From: Fidelibacterota bacterium
GTDB lineage: Bacteria > Fidelibacterota > UBA8477 > JABMPR01
Length of the DNA stretch: 64,000 nucleotides
Direction: 5' to 3'
NCBI GenBank assembly: GCA_021734255.1
Contig: JAIPJM010000003.1
Coordinates: forward strand, 61,517 to 125,516
This document shows, piece by piece, positions 26,189-36,870 of this stretch. Made by a program: the position numbers and the translations under genes. Under the pieces are notes generated by a model, which worked only from the letters and a program-made list of their open reading frames with translations, searched no databases and was not told the DNA's origin. Each line of letters starts with the position of its first letter. Positions within the stretch are counted from its first letter, which is position 1.

Positions 26189-26692
26189 ATGATTCGCAAA
26201 GTAATAAAAGACGACTTTGGTCAACTCGTTGAAATTTATAACCAAGCCATACTCAAGGGGCATCAAACTGCCCATTTGAACCCGGTAACCATTGATTCGA
26301 GGAAGCAATGGTTTCTTGACCACGCTGCGAAAAGGCAACTGCTTCTCGCTTATTTAGAAGGAAAAACTATCCTTGGGTACCTTAGCTTAAGCGCCTATCG
26401 AAACGGGCGTGAAGCATTACAGGGGACAAAAGAAGTGAGCATCTACATTAGACAGGATTCCCAAAATCAGGGCATTGCATCAGCACTTTTTAAGCATACA
26501 CTAGCTCTGTGTCCCTCAATGGGAATTGAAGCCTTGATCGCTATCATCCTGGCCAGCAATCAGAGCAGTATCTCCTTCTTTAAAAAGCATCAGTTTGAAG
26601 AGTGGGGCCGCTTACTCGATATAGCAAAAGTCGCTGGCCATAAAATCGATCATGTCTATCTGGGGAGACAGGTTTCCCTTGATAAGCGTTAA
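26189..26692 (+). CDS. GNAT N-acetyltransferase, phosphinothricin/MSO acetyltransferase (PAT)-like
   Basis: Acetyl-CoA binding motif QNQGIASALFKH. Overall PAT/YncA-like. Confidence 0.75.
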   Translation: MIRKVIKDDFGQLVEIYNQAILKGHQTAHLNPVTIDSRKQWFLDHAAKRQLLLAYLEGKTILGYLSLSAYRNGREALQGTKEVSIYIRQDSQNQGIASALFKHTLALCPSMGIEALIAIILASNQSSISFFKKHQFEEWGRLLDIAKVAGHKIDHVYLGRQVSLDKR

Positions 26693-26708
26693 AAACAGAG
26701 CCACCAAG

Positions 26709-27266
26709 ATGAAATCATTTATAAGCATATCCCTCCAGACTGAACGGCTCACGCTGAGGCCGGTAAAGGAGAGTGATGCCGAGGATCTATACGCCATTTT
26801 CTCGGATCCAACGGTCATGCGCTATGGGAGCTCAACACCCTGGACTTCCATCGATCAGGCCCTAAAAAAAATAAGTTTGGATCGGGAAGCGCTAAAAAAA
26901 AGTGAATCGCTTATTCTCGGCGTGATCCGTAATGATGATAATAAATTGATCGGCACTTGCAGCCTGTTTGACATAAACTGGCAATGTCGCCGGGCCGAGA
27001 TCGGCTATATTCTGAGTTCAAAAGTCTGGGGTCAGGGCTACATGAATGAAGCGCTTCATACACTGCTGGACTTCGGGTTCGATGAATTGAACTTCCACCG
27101 GGTCGAAGCCGACATCGACCCCAACAATAAAGCTTCAGAAAGGATCCTCCAGAAACTGGGCTTCACGGAAGAGGGCTTACTCAGGGAACGGTGGATCGTG
27201 GATGGGGAGATCACTGACACAGGGTTCTATGGTTTATTACAAAGAGAGTGGCGAAGCAAGATTTGA
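26709..27266 (+). CDS. GNAT family N-acetyltransferase (RimJ/RimL-like)
   Basis: ERLTLRPVKESDAEDLY start typical of the RimL family. GQGYMNEAL motif. Confidence 0.7.
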   Translation: MKSFISISLQTERLTLRPVKESDAEDLYAIFSDPTVMRYGSSTPWTSIDQALKKISLDREALKKSESLILGVIRNDDNKLIGTCSLFDINWQCRRAEIGYILSSKVWGQGYMNEALHTLLDFGFDELNFHRVEADIDPNNKASERILQKLGFTEEGLLRERWIVDGEITDTGFYGLLQREWRSKI

Positions 27267-27449
27267 GCCTACCTTCGCCCAACTATACAGAGGTATAATA
27301 ATATCTACCAGCCAGAGGTAGTGACATCTTTTGCTGGGTCTAGCTTCACATGCAGGAGTAGCCGTACGTGTACGATTAGGCCGTTGCTTTGTACTTATAG
27401 CATCAGTAAAACATGGGGTATGAAATAAATCGGGGGTCAAGGAGTAGTT

Positions 27450-27953
27450 ATGAATCTTCAGACTATTGCATCAATTGCAGAAATATTTGGATTTGTAGCC
27501 GTTATGGCAGCTATTATTTTTGGTTGGATCCAGATCCAACAATTCAAGCGTCAGAGAAGAGATCAGGCAGCCATAGAGCTAGTGCGAAACTTCCAGGATA
27601 TTGAGTTTACACGGGGTTTTCGCTTGATCCATTCCTTGCCGGAGGACATTTCAGCCGATGAGTTCAAAAGCAAGGGAACTGAATACATAGATGCTGCCTA
27701 TTCCCTCAGTATGAAATACGAGACCATGGGGGTCCTGGTGCACCGTGAGGTAGTACCCATCGATGCAGTAGAGGATCTGATCGGTGGTGTTGGAATTACA
27801 CTTTGGAAACGGCTTAGTCCCTGGATTCATGCTGTTCGCAAAGAACAATCAAATGAGCATATCCTCGAATGGTATCAATGGCTGATTGAGAGGATACTGG
27901 AGCGCGGGAATAAGAACCAAGAACCTGCGTATAAAAGATTCAGAATATGGTAG
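27450..27953 (+). CDS. Hypothetical protein with N-terminal TM anchor (167 aa)
   Basis: Single N-terminal TM helix. No recognisable domain. Confidence 0.35.
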   Translation: MNLQTIASIAEIFGFVAVMAAIIFGWIQIQQFKRQRRDQAAIELVRNFQDIEFTRGFRLIHSLPEDISADEFKSKGTEYIDAAYSLSMKYETMGVLVHREVVPIDAVEDLIGGVGITLWKRLSPWIHAVRKEQSNEHILEWYQWLIERILERGNKNQEPAYKRFRIW

Positions 27954-27971
27954 CTGAAGGAGTAGTCAGAT

Positions 27972-28733
27972 ATGTTTAAGCATGCCATTGTTCGAACACC
28001 ATGCAAAAACATGGTGGCCGGTTTAACAGGGGCTGGTCTGGGGAAACCAGATCATTCTCTCGCTATGATTCAGCATCAAGCATATATCAAAGTACTTGAA
28101 TCTTGCAATGTCGAGGTCACGATTCTTCCTCCAGATGAGAAATATCCTGATTCCACTTTTGTTGAGGACGTTGCTCTCCTGACACCGCATTGTGCTATTA
28201 TCACCCGCCCGGGTGCACCCTCCCGACAGGGTGAAACAGAAGGGATCCAGAGAGCCATTACTCCCTTTTATTCGGCTGTGGAGGTGATAAGGGAACCAGG
28301 TACCATCGATGCCGGTGATATCATGATGGTTGGTGAACACTACTACATTGGCCTATCTGAGCGTACAAACCCTGAGGGCGCCAGGCAAATGATCCAGATC
28401 CTGGAGCAATATGGAATGAGCGGATCTACTGTTGATCTGAAGCATGTCCTCCACCTGAAAACGGGTGCTGCCTATCTGGAAAACAATAATCTGGTTGTAT
28501 GTGGTGAATTCACCGAAAAGGCTGAATTTGAAAAATTTAACAGGATAGTTATCACTGAAGCAAATGCCTATTCAGCCAATTGCATTTGGGTGAACGACCG
28601 CGTGGTCATCCCATCCGGGTTTCCCAGAACAAAGGAGCTGATCAGCAGCGCCGGCTACCCTGTTATTGAAACCGATATGTCTGAATTTCAAAAATTGGAT
28701 GGTGGGCTCAGCTGTCTATCTCTCAGGTTTTAA
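27972..28733 (+). CDS. Dimethylarginine dimethylaminohydrolase (DDAH)/amidinotransferase superfamily protein
   Basis: MFKHAIVRTPCKNM...TPHCAIITRPGAPSRQGE...LDGGLSCLSLRF (C-terminal catalytic Cys) typical of DDAH. Confidence 0.75.
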   Translation: MFKHAIVRTPCKNMVAGLTGAGLGKPDHSLAMIQHQAYIKVLESCNVEVTILPPDEKYPDSTFVEDVALLTPHCAIITRPGAPSRQGETEGIQRAITPFYSAVEVIREPGTIDAGDIMMVGEHYYIGLSERTNPEGARQMIQILEQYGMSGSTVDLKHVLHLKTGAAYLENNNLVVCGEFTEKAEFEKFNRIVITEANAYSANCIWVNDRVVIPSGFPRTKELISSAGYPVIETDMSEFQKLDGGLSCLSLRF

Positions 28734-28761
28734 CGCTTGACCACACGATGAAGGAATTATT

Positions 28762-29493
28762 ATGAATATATTGATCGTCGGTGCTACTGGCGCCACTGGA
28801 AAACGACTGGTTGAGCAATTGCTGGAGCGGGGGCAGTCCGTAAAAGCTTTTGTTCGCGAGGGTAGTGAACTACCGGAAGGGGTCAGAGGGCATAAGGATC
28901 TAACCATCATTAACGGCTCAGTTCTGGATCTTCCGGATATGGAGCTGGTCACCCATGTAAAGGATTGTGATGCTGTGGTTTCCTGTCTCGGACACAACAT
29001 CTCATTCAAGGGACTGTTCCTGCCTCCCCGTAAACTGGTCAGAGATTCAATTCGCAAGTTATATCAAGCTGTTCAGCTCCATGAGTACCCGATGCCGGTT
29101 AAATTTCTGCTGATGAATACCACAGGGAACCGAAATCGTGATCTGAACGAAAAAATATCGCTCAAACATCGTATTGTCGTGGCTCTCCTGCGTATTCTCC
29201 TCCCGCCCCAGGCTGACAATGAGGCAGCTGCTAACTTCCTTCGAGTACACGTGGGCCAGACCGATGACAAAGTAGAGTGGCTTGCTGTGCGTCCAGATGG
29301 GTTGATCGATGAAGAGGCGGTAACAGGATATGATGTTCACCCATCCCCCGTTCGTGATCCCATTTTTGATGCTGGTCAAACCAGCCGTATCAATGTGGCC
29401 CATTTCATGGCCGAATTGATCCTTAACACGGAACTATGGAACAAGTGGAAAGGTCAGATGCCTGTCATCTATAACAGAGATCATGGCGAATAG
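28762..29493 (+). CDS. NAD(P)H-binding (NmrA/atypical SDR) oxidoreductase
   Basis: MNILIVGATGATGKRLVEQLLERG Rossmann motif. Confidence 0.7.
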   Translation: MNILIVGATGATGKRLVEQLLERGQSVKAFVREGSELPEGVRGHKDLTIINGSVLDLPDMELVTHVKDCDAVVSCLGHNISFKGLFLPPRKLVRDSIRKLYQAVQLHEYPMPVKFLLMNTTGNRNRDLNEKISLKHRIVVALLRILLPPQADNEAAANFLRVHVGQTDDKVEWLAVRPDGLIDEEAVTGYDVHPSPVRDPIFDAGQTSRINVAHFMAELILNTELWNKWKGQMPVIYNRDHGE

Positions 29494-29704
29494 TGCATTT
29501 ACCTACCAGCAAACCAAATCCGGGTTGGTTCTTATCAGTGCCAATAATCGCGTGGTGACAACACTCAAAGGCAAAGAAGCTCTCAAATTTATACAAAAGA
29601 TCGACCCCCTCTCCCTGGGTGAACAACAATTACTCATGGCCAAAGTCACCGGACAATTCAAATTTGGCAATGAAAGACGAGCCAAGGGATCAGATCAAAG
29701 ATGA
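29483..29704 (+). CDS. Small hypothetical protein (73 aa), overlapping both neighbours
   Basis: ORF only. Overlaps consistent with operon packing. Confidence 0.3.
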   Translation: MANSAFTYQQTKSGLVLISANNRVVTTLKGKEALKFIQKIDPLSLGEQQLLMAKVTGQFKFGNERRAKGSDQR

Positions 29705-30237
29705 AAATGATTGCCTACATGGGGGTAAGTCTGGATGGCTACATCGCTGACAAAGCGGGTGGTGTTGATTGGCTCAATGAGCTACCCATCCCGGAGGGTG
29801 ATGATCTGGGGTTCTCAACATTCATGGCTGGTATCGATGCCCTGCTCATGGGGTCGAACTCTTTCCGCACCATCCTCCAGATCGGTGACTGGTATTACGA
29901 TAAGCCTGTGTATGTTGCCAGTAACAGCATCCAGTTGATCCCTGAGGGTTATCAGGAGCGCATTAAACTCATTCAAGGGGATATTCACGAGTTACTTGCC
30001 CAGCTCGAGGGAGATGGCCATCAAAATATTTATGTTGATGGCGGGAAGATCGTCCAGGCCTGTATCCAGGCAGATCTGCTGGATGAGCTCATTATTACTC
30101 ATATTCCTGTTTTACTGGGTGATGGCATATCACTTTTTGGCAAGTTGGAACGGTCCAAGACTCTGGAACACAGACAGACGGAGGTTCTGGGATATGGCCT
30201 GGTGAAATCTCACTATCTCATTCGGAATAATCGATGA
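29701..30237 (+). CDS. Dihydrofolate reductase family (RibD C-terminal domain) protein
   Basis: MKMIAYMGVSLDGYIADKAGGVDWL... typical of the RibD_C/DHFR-like family. Confidence 0.7.
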   Translation: MKMIAYMGVSLDGYIADKAGGVDWLNELPIPEGDDLGFSTFMAGIDALLMGSNSFRTILQIGDWYYDKPVYVASNSIQLIPEGYQERIKLIQGDIHELLAQLEGDGHQNIYVDGGKIVQACIQADLLDELIITHIPVLLGDGISLFGKLERSKTLEHRQTEVLGYGLVKSHYLIRNNR

Positions 30238-30743
30238 GTCTATTAATTACTCCTGTTCATGCGAAGACTGATGTACAACGCTTGGCTGGTCTGGCCAGTG
30301 AGATCTGGTGGCAGCATTTTCCCCCGATCATTGGTAAAGCTCAGGTCGAATACATGGTTAAAAAGTTTCAAAGTGAAACAGCCATACTGGAGCAATTAGA
30401 GCAGGGCTATGACTATTTTCTGGCTGAGATTGATGGCCTCGCTGTTGGATATACCGGCCTGCTACCTGATGCAGAGGCAAAAAAGCTGATGATCAGCAAG
30501 CTTTATGTGAAAGAGAATGCCCGTGATAACGGTGTTGGTCAGACGCTCCTGGATTTCATTGAAAAGAAATGTAACACTGAAGGGCTTGATACACTCTGGC
30601 TCACAGTGAATCGCGGAAACACGGGACCGATCAATTGGTATCTGAAACGTGGGTTTAGGATCACAAAAGAAGTTGACATGGACATCGGTGAAGGCTTTAT
30701 CATGGATGACTATATCATGGAAAAGGACTTACACCGGGACTGA
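30234..30743 (+). CDS. GNAT family N-acetyltransferase
   Basis: RDNGVGQTLLDFIEKK acetyl-CoA motif. Confidence 0.7.
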   Translation: MSLLITPVHAKTDVQRLAGLASEIWWQHFPPIIGKAQVEYMVKKFQSETAILEQLEQGYDYFLAEIDGLAVGYTGLLPDAEAKKLMISKLYVKENARDNGVGQTLLDFIEKKCNTEGLDTLWLTVNRGNTGPINWYLKRGFRITKEVDMDIGEGFIMDDYIMEKDLHRD

Positions 30744-31549
30744 TGACGTCGATCACGGGAAATATTTTCAACATTAAACGATACGCTATTCATGATGGAC
30801 CCAACATCCGGACCACGGTCTTCTTTAAGGGTTGCTCCCTCTCCTGCTGGTGGTGTCACAACCCGGAAGGGAAATCCCCAGAGGTCCGGTTCAAGTCAAA
30901 CCCTCGGCAAACCTTTGAGTCCAGCGATGAAAAATTGGTTCCTTTGGGTGGCTGGACAAGTACAGTCTCTGAGATCATGGGGGAAATACGCAAGGATCTG
31001 CCCTTCTTCCAGGAAAGCGGTGGTGGCGTCACTTTCTCTGGTGGTGATCCCCTCTACCAGCCCGAGTTTCTTCAGGCGCTCCTCAAGGCTTGTGGCCAGG
31101 AGAACATCCATCGAAGCGTTGATACCTCAGCCCATGCCCCTGCAGAGATCATTCGTTCAGTTGCAGGAGAAACTGAGCTCTGGTTATTGGACCTTAAACA
31201 CATGGATAATACCCTGCATCTTAAGCATACGGGTTTAGAAAACGGCTTGATCCTTCAAAATATCAAACTGCTGGATGCATTGGGCGCGGAAATTCGTATC
31301 CGCATCCCTTTGATCCCGGGAGTGAATGCTGATGAACAGAATCTGACTGCGTCAGCAAAATTCATCTGTGATCTGGAACGTAAACATCCCATTGATATCT
31401 TACCCTATCATGACACGGCTGCTTCAAAATATCGAACCCTGGGGTTAGATTATCGCCAGGTGCAAGCAAGCGGACCAGAATCATTGAATCCAGAACAGCT
31501 CATAGAATTGATGGGCAGCTATGGACTCTCAGCCCAAATAGGTGGTTAA
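30743..31549 (+). CDS. Glycyl-radical enzyme activating protein (PFL-AE family radical SAM)
   Basis: FFKGCSLSCWWCHNPE (CxxxCxxC) plus GGDPLYQPEF. Confidence 0.9.
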   Translation: MTSITGNIFNIKRYAIHDGPNIRTTVFFKGCSLSCWWCHNPEGKSPEVRFKSNPRQTFESSDEKLVPLGGWTSTVSEIMGEIRKDLPFFQESGGGVTFSGGDPLYQPEFLQALLKACGQENIHRSVDTSAHAPAEIIRSVAGETELWLLDLKHMDNTLHLKHTGLENGLILQNIKLLDALGAEIRIRIPLIPGVNADEQNLTASAKFICDLERKHPIDILPYHDTAASKYRTLGLDYRQVQASGPESLNPEQLIELMGSYGLSAQIGG

Positions 31550-31552
31550 AGA

Positions 31553-33910
31553 ATGAATGACCGTATCAATAGATTGAGACAGGAAAGCTTTGAGGCAAAG
31601 CCATCCATCTCCATTGAGCGGGCCTTGCTTGAAACTGAATTTTATCAGGATAATGCAGATAATTATTCGCTACCGGTTCTGCGCGCACTGACCTTTAAAC
31701 ACATCTGTGAAAACAAATCGCTCTATCTCGGACCTGATGAACTTATTGTCGGCGAGAGGGGACCGTCACCTAAATCTGTTCCCACATTTCCAGAGCTGAC
31801 CTGCCATAGCGTTGAAGACTTGAAGATTCTAAAAAGTCGTGAAATGACACCTTACGATATTTCCGATACTGATATAGCCATCTACGCTGAAAAGGTCATC
31901 CCGTATTGGGAAGGTCGGTCCATGCGGGATCGGATATTCTCAAAAGTGCCTGAAGACTGGAAGCTTGCCTATGAGGCTGGACTTTTCACCGAGTTCATGG
32001 AACAGCGGGCACCAGGACATACGGCCCTGGATGGAACCATCTATCGAATGGGTATGATCGATCTCAAGGCGCGCATCGCTGATCGTATCCAGCGCTTGGA
32101 TTATGATAGCGATCCTCAGGCAGCTGATCGGTATGAGCAACTCAAAGCCATGGATATCACCTGCGACGCCATTATCATTTTTGCCGCTCGTCACGCTGAG
32201 CTGGCTGAATCTCTGATCAAACAAACCGCCGATCCTGAACGCGTCCAGGAGTTAAAAACGATCGCTTACGTGTGCCGAAATGTTCCGGCGAAGGCTCCTC
32301 AAACATTTCATGAAGCTATCCAGATGTACTGGTTCGTGCACCTGGGCATCATCACAGAACTCAATGGCTGGGACGCCATGACACCTGGACACATCGACCA
32401 TCATTTGATACCCTTTTACGAAAAGGAGATCGTTGACGGAACCCTGACCCGGGAGGGGGCAAAGGAACTGATGAGTTGCCTGTGGATCAAGGTGAACAAC
32501 CAGACTGCACCGCCAAAAGTTGGGGTAACAGCAAAGGAAAGTGGCACTTATAACGATTTCACCCAGATCAATCTTGGTGGCCTCTACCCGGATGGGAGCG
32601 ATGCCAGTAATGAGGTGTCCCTGATCGGCCTGGAAGTATCGGACGAACTTCATCTGCTTCAGCCTCAGCCCAGTGTCCACATCAGCTCGAAGACGCCAGA
32701 TGCATTCCTGACGGCTGCCAGTAAAGTCATTCGCAAGGGGTACGGCTACCCCTCCGTCTTTAACACAGAGATGGTGGTGAAAGAACAGCTCCGTGTCGGC
32801 AAATCCGCACAAGATGCATTGGAAGGCGGTACCAGCGGCTGTATCGAGACCGGTGCCTTTGGCAAAGAAGCCTATATTCTCACAGGTTATTTCAACGTCC
32901 CCAAGGTATTGGAACTTACCCTGAATAATGGTACAGATCCCCTGAGTGGCAAGCAAGTGGGGCTAAAGACCGGACCCGTTGAATCTTTTTCAACCTATGA
33001 GGAGTTGTACTCGGCATTTTTGAAACAATTGCACTACTTCGTCGATTTGAAGATCCGGGTAAATAACTATATCGAACAGATGTATGCCAACTACTCTCCG
33101 GCTCCCTTCTTATCAGTTGTGATTCATGATTGTATCGAGAAGGGTCAGGACTATTACAACAGCGGTCCCCGTTACAACACCAACTACATCCAGTGTTGTG
33201 GGATCGGGACGGTGACCGACAGTCTTTCTGCGTTAAGGACCCATGTCTTCGGCGGTGAGCTTGACATGGCTGAGTTAATGGCAGCACTTGAAGCGAATTT
33301 TGAGGGTTTCGACGATCTCCGATCCCAACTACAGCATCAGACCCCCTTCTATGGTAACGATGATGATCGGGCAGACATGATCATGCTGGATGTTTATGGC
33401 GATCTATTCAAAGCCATCGATGGCAAGCCCAACACCAAAGGAACGGTTTATCATCTCAATATGCTTTCCACCACCTGTCATATATATTTTGGCAAAATGC
33501 TAGGTGCCACACCCAACGGACGGCGTGCTCATCTACCAGAATCAGATGGCACTTCTCCCTCACACGGTGCAGATGTGCAGGGTCCCACAGCTGTGGTAAA
33601 GTCCCTGAGCAAAATGGATCAATCCTTGTCCGGGGGTACTCTGCTGAATCAACGATTCCTGCCTGACGTACTTGCTTCGGACCAGGACCTGAAAAACCTG
33701 GGGAGTCTCATCCGTACCTACTTCAAGCTTGGTGGTCATCATATGCAGTTCAATGTTGTAGATACAGCGACCCTGCGCAAAGCCCAAGCGAACCCAGACG
33801 ACTATAAAAACCTTCTGGTTCGGGTTGCAGGTTACAGCGATTATTTTGTTGATCTGGATAAGGATCATCAGGAAGAGATCATTCGTAGAACAGAGCAAGG
33901 GTTACCTTAA
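31553..33910 (+). CDS. Glycyl radical enzyme, Cys-X-Glu eliminase/dehydratase-type (substrate unknown)
   Basis: 785 aa. C-terminal glycyl-radical motif RVAGYSDYF. Cys loop GTSGCIETGAFG (C-x-E, as in the GDH/CutC/HypD/IslA class). PFL-like GATPNGRRAHLPESDGTSPSHGAD block. Confidence 0.85.
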   Translation: MNDRINRLRQESFEAKPSISIERALLETEFYQDNADNYSLPVLRALTFKHICENKSLYLGPDELIVGERGPSPKSVPTFPELTCHSVEDLKILKSREMTPYDISDTDIAIYAEKVIPYWEGRSMRDRIFSKVPEDWKLAYEAGLFTEFMEQRAPGHTALDGTIYRMGMIDLKARIADRIQRLDYDSDPQAADRYEQLKAMDITCDAIIIFAARHAELAESLIKQTADPERVQELKTIAYVCRNVPAKAPQTFHEAIQMYWFVHLGIITELNGWDAMTPGHIDHHLIPFYEKEIVDGTLTREGAKELMSCLWIKVNNQTAPPKVGVTAKESGTYNDFTQINLGGLYPDGSDASNEVSLIGLEVSDELHLLQPQPSVHISSKTPDAFLTAASKVIRKGYGYPSVFNTEMVVKEQLRVGKSAQDALEGGTSGCIETGAFGKEAYILTGYFNVPKVLELTLNNGTDPLSGKQVGLKTGPVESFSTYEELYSAFLKQLHYFVDLKIRVNNYIEQMYANYSPAPFLSVVIHDCIEKGQDYYNSGPRYNTNYIQCCGIGTVTDSLSALRTHVFGGELDMAELMAALEANFEGFDDLRSQLQHQTPFYGNDDDRADMIMLDVYGDLFKAIDGKPNTKGTVYHLNMLSTTCHIYFGKMLGATPNGRRAHLPESDGTSPSHGADVQGPTAVVKSLSKMDQSLSGGTLLNQRFLPDVLASDQDLKNLGSLIRTYFKLGGHHMQFNVVDTATLRKAQANPDDYKNLLVRVAGYSDYFVDLDKDHQEEIIRRTEQGLP

Positions 33911-33913
33911 ATC

Positions 33914-34756
33914 ATGATTTCAGTACACAGCCTCCATATTTATCCCGTAAAATCTCTTCAGGGAATCGACCTGAAGTCAGCCAGATTGGGTATCCGAGGT
34001 CTCCAGTATGATCGGACCTGGATGGTGACCGATGCCCAGAATAAATTCATCACTCAGCGCCATTACCCGAAGCTGGCAAGGATCCAGGTTGAGTTAACGC
34101 AGGACCAAATGACCTTAAGTCACCCGTCCATGGATCCTCTCTGTGTCGATCTGGAAGATTCCCATTCTGATCAATTGGAAGCAACGATCTGGGATGATAA
34201 GGTAAAGGCAATGGATGAAGGGAAAGAGGCTTCCCAATGGTTAACCCAGGTTCTGGGGACGATAGACGGACATTCCTTGAAACTACTACGCTATCATCCT
34301 GATCATATACGCCACGTGAGCCAAAAACATCTGCGGGATGAAGCCGCCCACACCGCTTTTGCTGATGGATTCCCCTTTCTGATCACTTCTGTAGAATCCC
34401 TGGGCAAACTCAATGAAGTCCTTCAAAACAATGGTTCTCAGCCTGTTGGTATGAACCGCTTTCGACCCAATATCGTCATTCGTGGTGTTGAACCCTTTGG
34501 TGAAAACTCACTGGATACACTTGCTTCAAACTCAGGTGAATATGGGCTGGGTATTCGCAAACCCTGCCAGCGATGTCATGTCACAACGATCGATCAATCC
34601 ACTGGACAGAAGATCGAACCGAAAGAACCCCTGCGAACGCTTTTGCAGATGGACACCCAGCCAGGCCTGGAAGGCGCCTACTTCGGACAAAACTCAATAT
34701 TACTGTTTGGGAAAGACGCACTGATACAGGTAGGCGATCAGTTGAGTCCCTCCTGA
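33914..34756 (+). CDS. MOSC domain-containing protein (YcbX/mARC-like, MOSC_N beta-barrel plus MOSC)
   Basis: [15 protein letters not shown]..., FRPNIVIRG. Conserved Cys in the C-terminal half (CQRCHVTT). Confidence 0.75.
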   Translation: MISVHSLHIYPVKSLQGIDLKSARLGIRGLQYDRTWMVTDAQNKFITQRHYPKLARIQVELTQDQMTLSHPSMDPLCVDLEDSHSDQLEATIWDDKVKAMDEGKEASQWLTQVLGTIDGHSLKLLRYHPDHIRHVSQKHLRDEAAHTAFADGFPFLITSVESLGKLNEVLQNNGSQPVGMNRFRPNIVIRGVEPFGENSLDTLASNSGEYGLGIRKPCQRCHVTTIDQSTGQKIEPKEPLRTLLQMDTQPGLEGAYFGQNSILLFGKDALIQVGDQLSPS

Positions 34757-34779
34757 ACAACAACAAGAAAGCGAATAGT

Positions 34780-36813
34780 ATGAATCGACTTGCCCAGGAA
34801 AAGAGCCCCTACCTGCTACAACATGCTGAAAACCCAGTGGATTGGTTCTCCTGGGGAGAGGAAGCCTTTCAGGCAGCTCGAGAGGCTGATAAACCTATCT
34901 TTCTTTCCATCGGATACGCCACCTGCCACTGGTGCCATGTCATGGCACATGAATCATTTGAGAGTCCAGAAATTGCTGCTGCCATGAATGACACCTTCAT
35001 CTGTATCAAGGTCGACAGGGAAGAGCGTCCTGATATTGATGCCATCTACATGATGACCTGCCAGATGATGACAGGACAAGGCGGTTGGCCGCTAAGTATT
35101 GTTATGACGCCGGAAAAACAGCCCTTTTATGCAGCCACCTACATTCCACCGGAGAACCGTTACGGCAGGATGGGGATGGATAAATTGATCCCTGCGCTGA
35201 AGAATGCCTGGAAGCACCAGAAAACTGAGGTGATGAACTCTGCACATGATATCTACAACACGCTGGTACAACAGCAGGTGTCACGAGATGAAAGCGGATT
35301 GCAGCCTGAGTTGGTTGGAAAAGGCTATCGAGAGCTTATGGGTCAGTATGACAAAAAGAATGGTGGGTTCGGTTCAGCGCCTAAGTTTCCAACACCCCAC
35401 CGACTGATCTTGCTTCTGCGTCAGGGGGAAACTGACGCCATGTCAGCGGCCAGACATACCCTGCACCAAATGCGGTTGGGTGGTATTTTTGACCACATCG
35501 GATTTGGCTTTCACCGATATTCAACGGATCCCCATTGGCTGCTCCCCCATTTTGAGAAAATGCTGTACGATCAAGCCCTCTTGGCCTGCGCCTATCTGGA
35601 AGCCTTTGAATATACCCAGGAGGAATCGTTTGCTGATGTAGCCAGAGAGATCCTGCTCTATGTCAGCCGGGATATGACCGACCCCTTGGGAGGTTTTTAC
35701 TCAGCTGAGGATGCCGACTCTGAAGGAGAGGAAGGTCTCTTCTACATCTGGTCTGCGTCAGAGCTGAAGCAACTCCTGGGTGACAAATATTCTCGCGTGG
35801 GTGAGTTATGGAATATTTCAGAAGCGGGCAACTTTAAAGATGAATCCAGCGGAGAGGCAAGCCCCTTTAATATTCCCCATTTGAGTCGAAAGCCGAACAA
35901 CCAGGATAGAGATCTGCTGCTCGAGGCAGGGCAAACACTCTTTGAAGTTCGTGAGAACCGGATTCACCCTCAGAAAGACACCAAGGTCCTGGCTGACTGG
36001 AATGGACTCATGATCGCTGCTTTCGCACGAGCGGCGCGTGTCCTGGACGATGAGTTCTATCTCGACCTGGCGAAAAAAGCCAATCAATTCATTCAATCAC
36101 AAATGACAACCGAGGAAGGAGAGCTGTGGCATCGCTGGTGTGACGGGGAGGTGTCAGTCCCCGGTCAGATGGATGACTATGTCTTTCTAACCCAAGGTCT
36201 GCTTGAGCTATATGAATCTACACTTGACCTTGATTATCTGGACCAGGCCCTTCGGTATAACGACATTTTGAAGGACAATTTCATCGATGCGGCTGGTGGG
36301 GGTTATTTCATGACCTCCATTCATGCGGAAGAGCTGATCACACGTCCGAAGTCCCTGTATGACGGGGCAACACCTTCCGGGAACTCCCTGCATATGCTGA
36401 ACCTCCTCAAACTTTCAAGGCTCACAGGAAAGATTGAATTGGAACAGCAGGCTGGAGCCATCGAAGGCGCCTATACAGATGCATTGAAGCGATCCCCTTC
36501 AAACATATCACAAGCACTCATCGCACTGCAATTTGCTCAGGGAGATACTCAGGAAGTCGTTATTGTGGGACCACGCCACCACTCACAAACACAGGAGATG
36601 CTCACACTTATCCAGGCAGAATACGATCCGTTTCGCGTCATTCTCCTGAAAGATCCGGAGGAACAGGAGCACGTTTCGCGTGTAGCTCCTTTCACTGCTG
36701 ACATGGATATGCTGGATGAAAAACCAACAGTCTATATCTGTCAGAATTTTGCCTGTGATCGACCCATCAATTCTCCAGATGCATTACAGAAAAAACTGCA
36801 TCCAGAACCATAA
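34780..36813 (+). CDS. Thioredoxin-domain protein, DUF255/YyaL family (N-terminal Trx-like plus six-hairpin domain)
   Basis: [13 protein letters not shown]...[23 protein letters not shown] is canonical DUF255. Start moved to MNRLAQEK (34780). The ORF-track start 34573 overlaps the MOSC gene. Confidence 0.8.
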   Translation: MNRLAQEKSPYLLQHAENPVDWFSWGEEAFQAAREADKPIFLSIGYATCHWCHVMAHESFESPEIAAAMNDTFICIKVDREERPDIDAIYMMTCQMMTGQGGWPLSIVMTPEKQPFYAATYIPPENRYGRMGMDKLIPALKNAWKHQKTEVMNSAHDIYNTLVQQQVSRDESGLQPELVGKGYRELMGQYDKKNGGFGSAPKFPTPHRLILLLRQGETDAMSAARHTLHQMRLGGIFDHIGFGFHRYSTDPHWLLPHFEKMLYDQALLACAYLEAFEYTQEESFADVAREILLYVSRDMTDPLGGFYSAEDADSEGEEGLFYIWSASELKQLLGDKYSRVGELWNISEAGNFKDESSGEASPFNIPHLSRKPNNQDRDLLLEAGQTLFEVRENRIHPQKDTKVLADWNGLMIAAFARAARVLDDEFYLDLAKKANQFIQSQMTTEEGELWHRWCDGEVSVPGQMDDYVFLTQGLLELYESTLDLDYLDQALRYNDILKDNFIDAAGGGYFMTSIHAEELITRPKSLYDGATPSGNSLHMLNLLKLSRLTGKIELEQQAGAIEGAYTDALKRSPSNISQALIALQFAQGDTQEVVIVGPRHHSQTQEMLTLIQAEYDPFRVILLKDPEEQEHVSRVAPFTADMDMLDEKPTVYICQNFACDRPINSPDALQKKLHPEP

Positions 36814-36850
36814 AAAAAAGACCCCGATATCTCTATCAGGGTCTTCTTCT
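36811..36850. terminator. Bidirectional rho-independent terminator (aaaaaaaAGACCCcgatatctctatcaGGGTCTTcttctt) between convergent genes
   Basis: 7-bp GC-rich stem with an A-run on one side (T-run for the minus-strand tonB operon). Confidence 0.65.
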
Positions 36851-36870
36851 TAATAATAGGATTAAGGAAT

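Noticed and set aside
32252-33287. 234-aa and 123-aa minus-strand ORFs inside the glycyl radical enzyme gene
   Set aside because: Antisense to a high-confidence 785-aa GRE, with no homology signal. Spurious.
34573-34779. Long N-terminal extension of the DUF255 gene (ORF-track start 34573) and of tnaA (47219), the GlpD-like gene (3439) and the ArsR gene (14632)
   Set aside because: These extensions overlap upstream genes or read through repeat or operator sequence. Family alignments begin at the internal Met codons used in the feature table.
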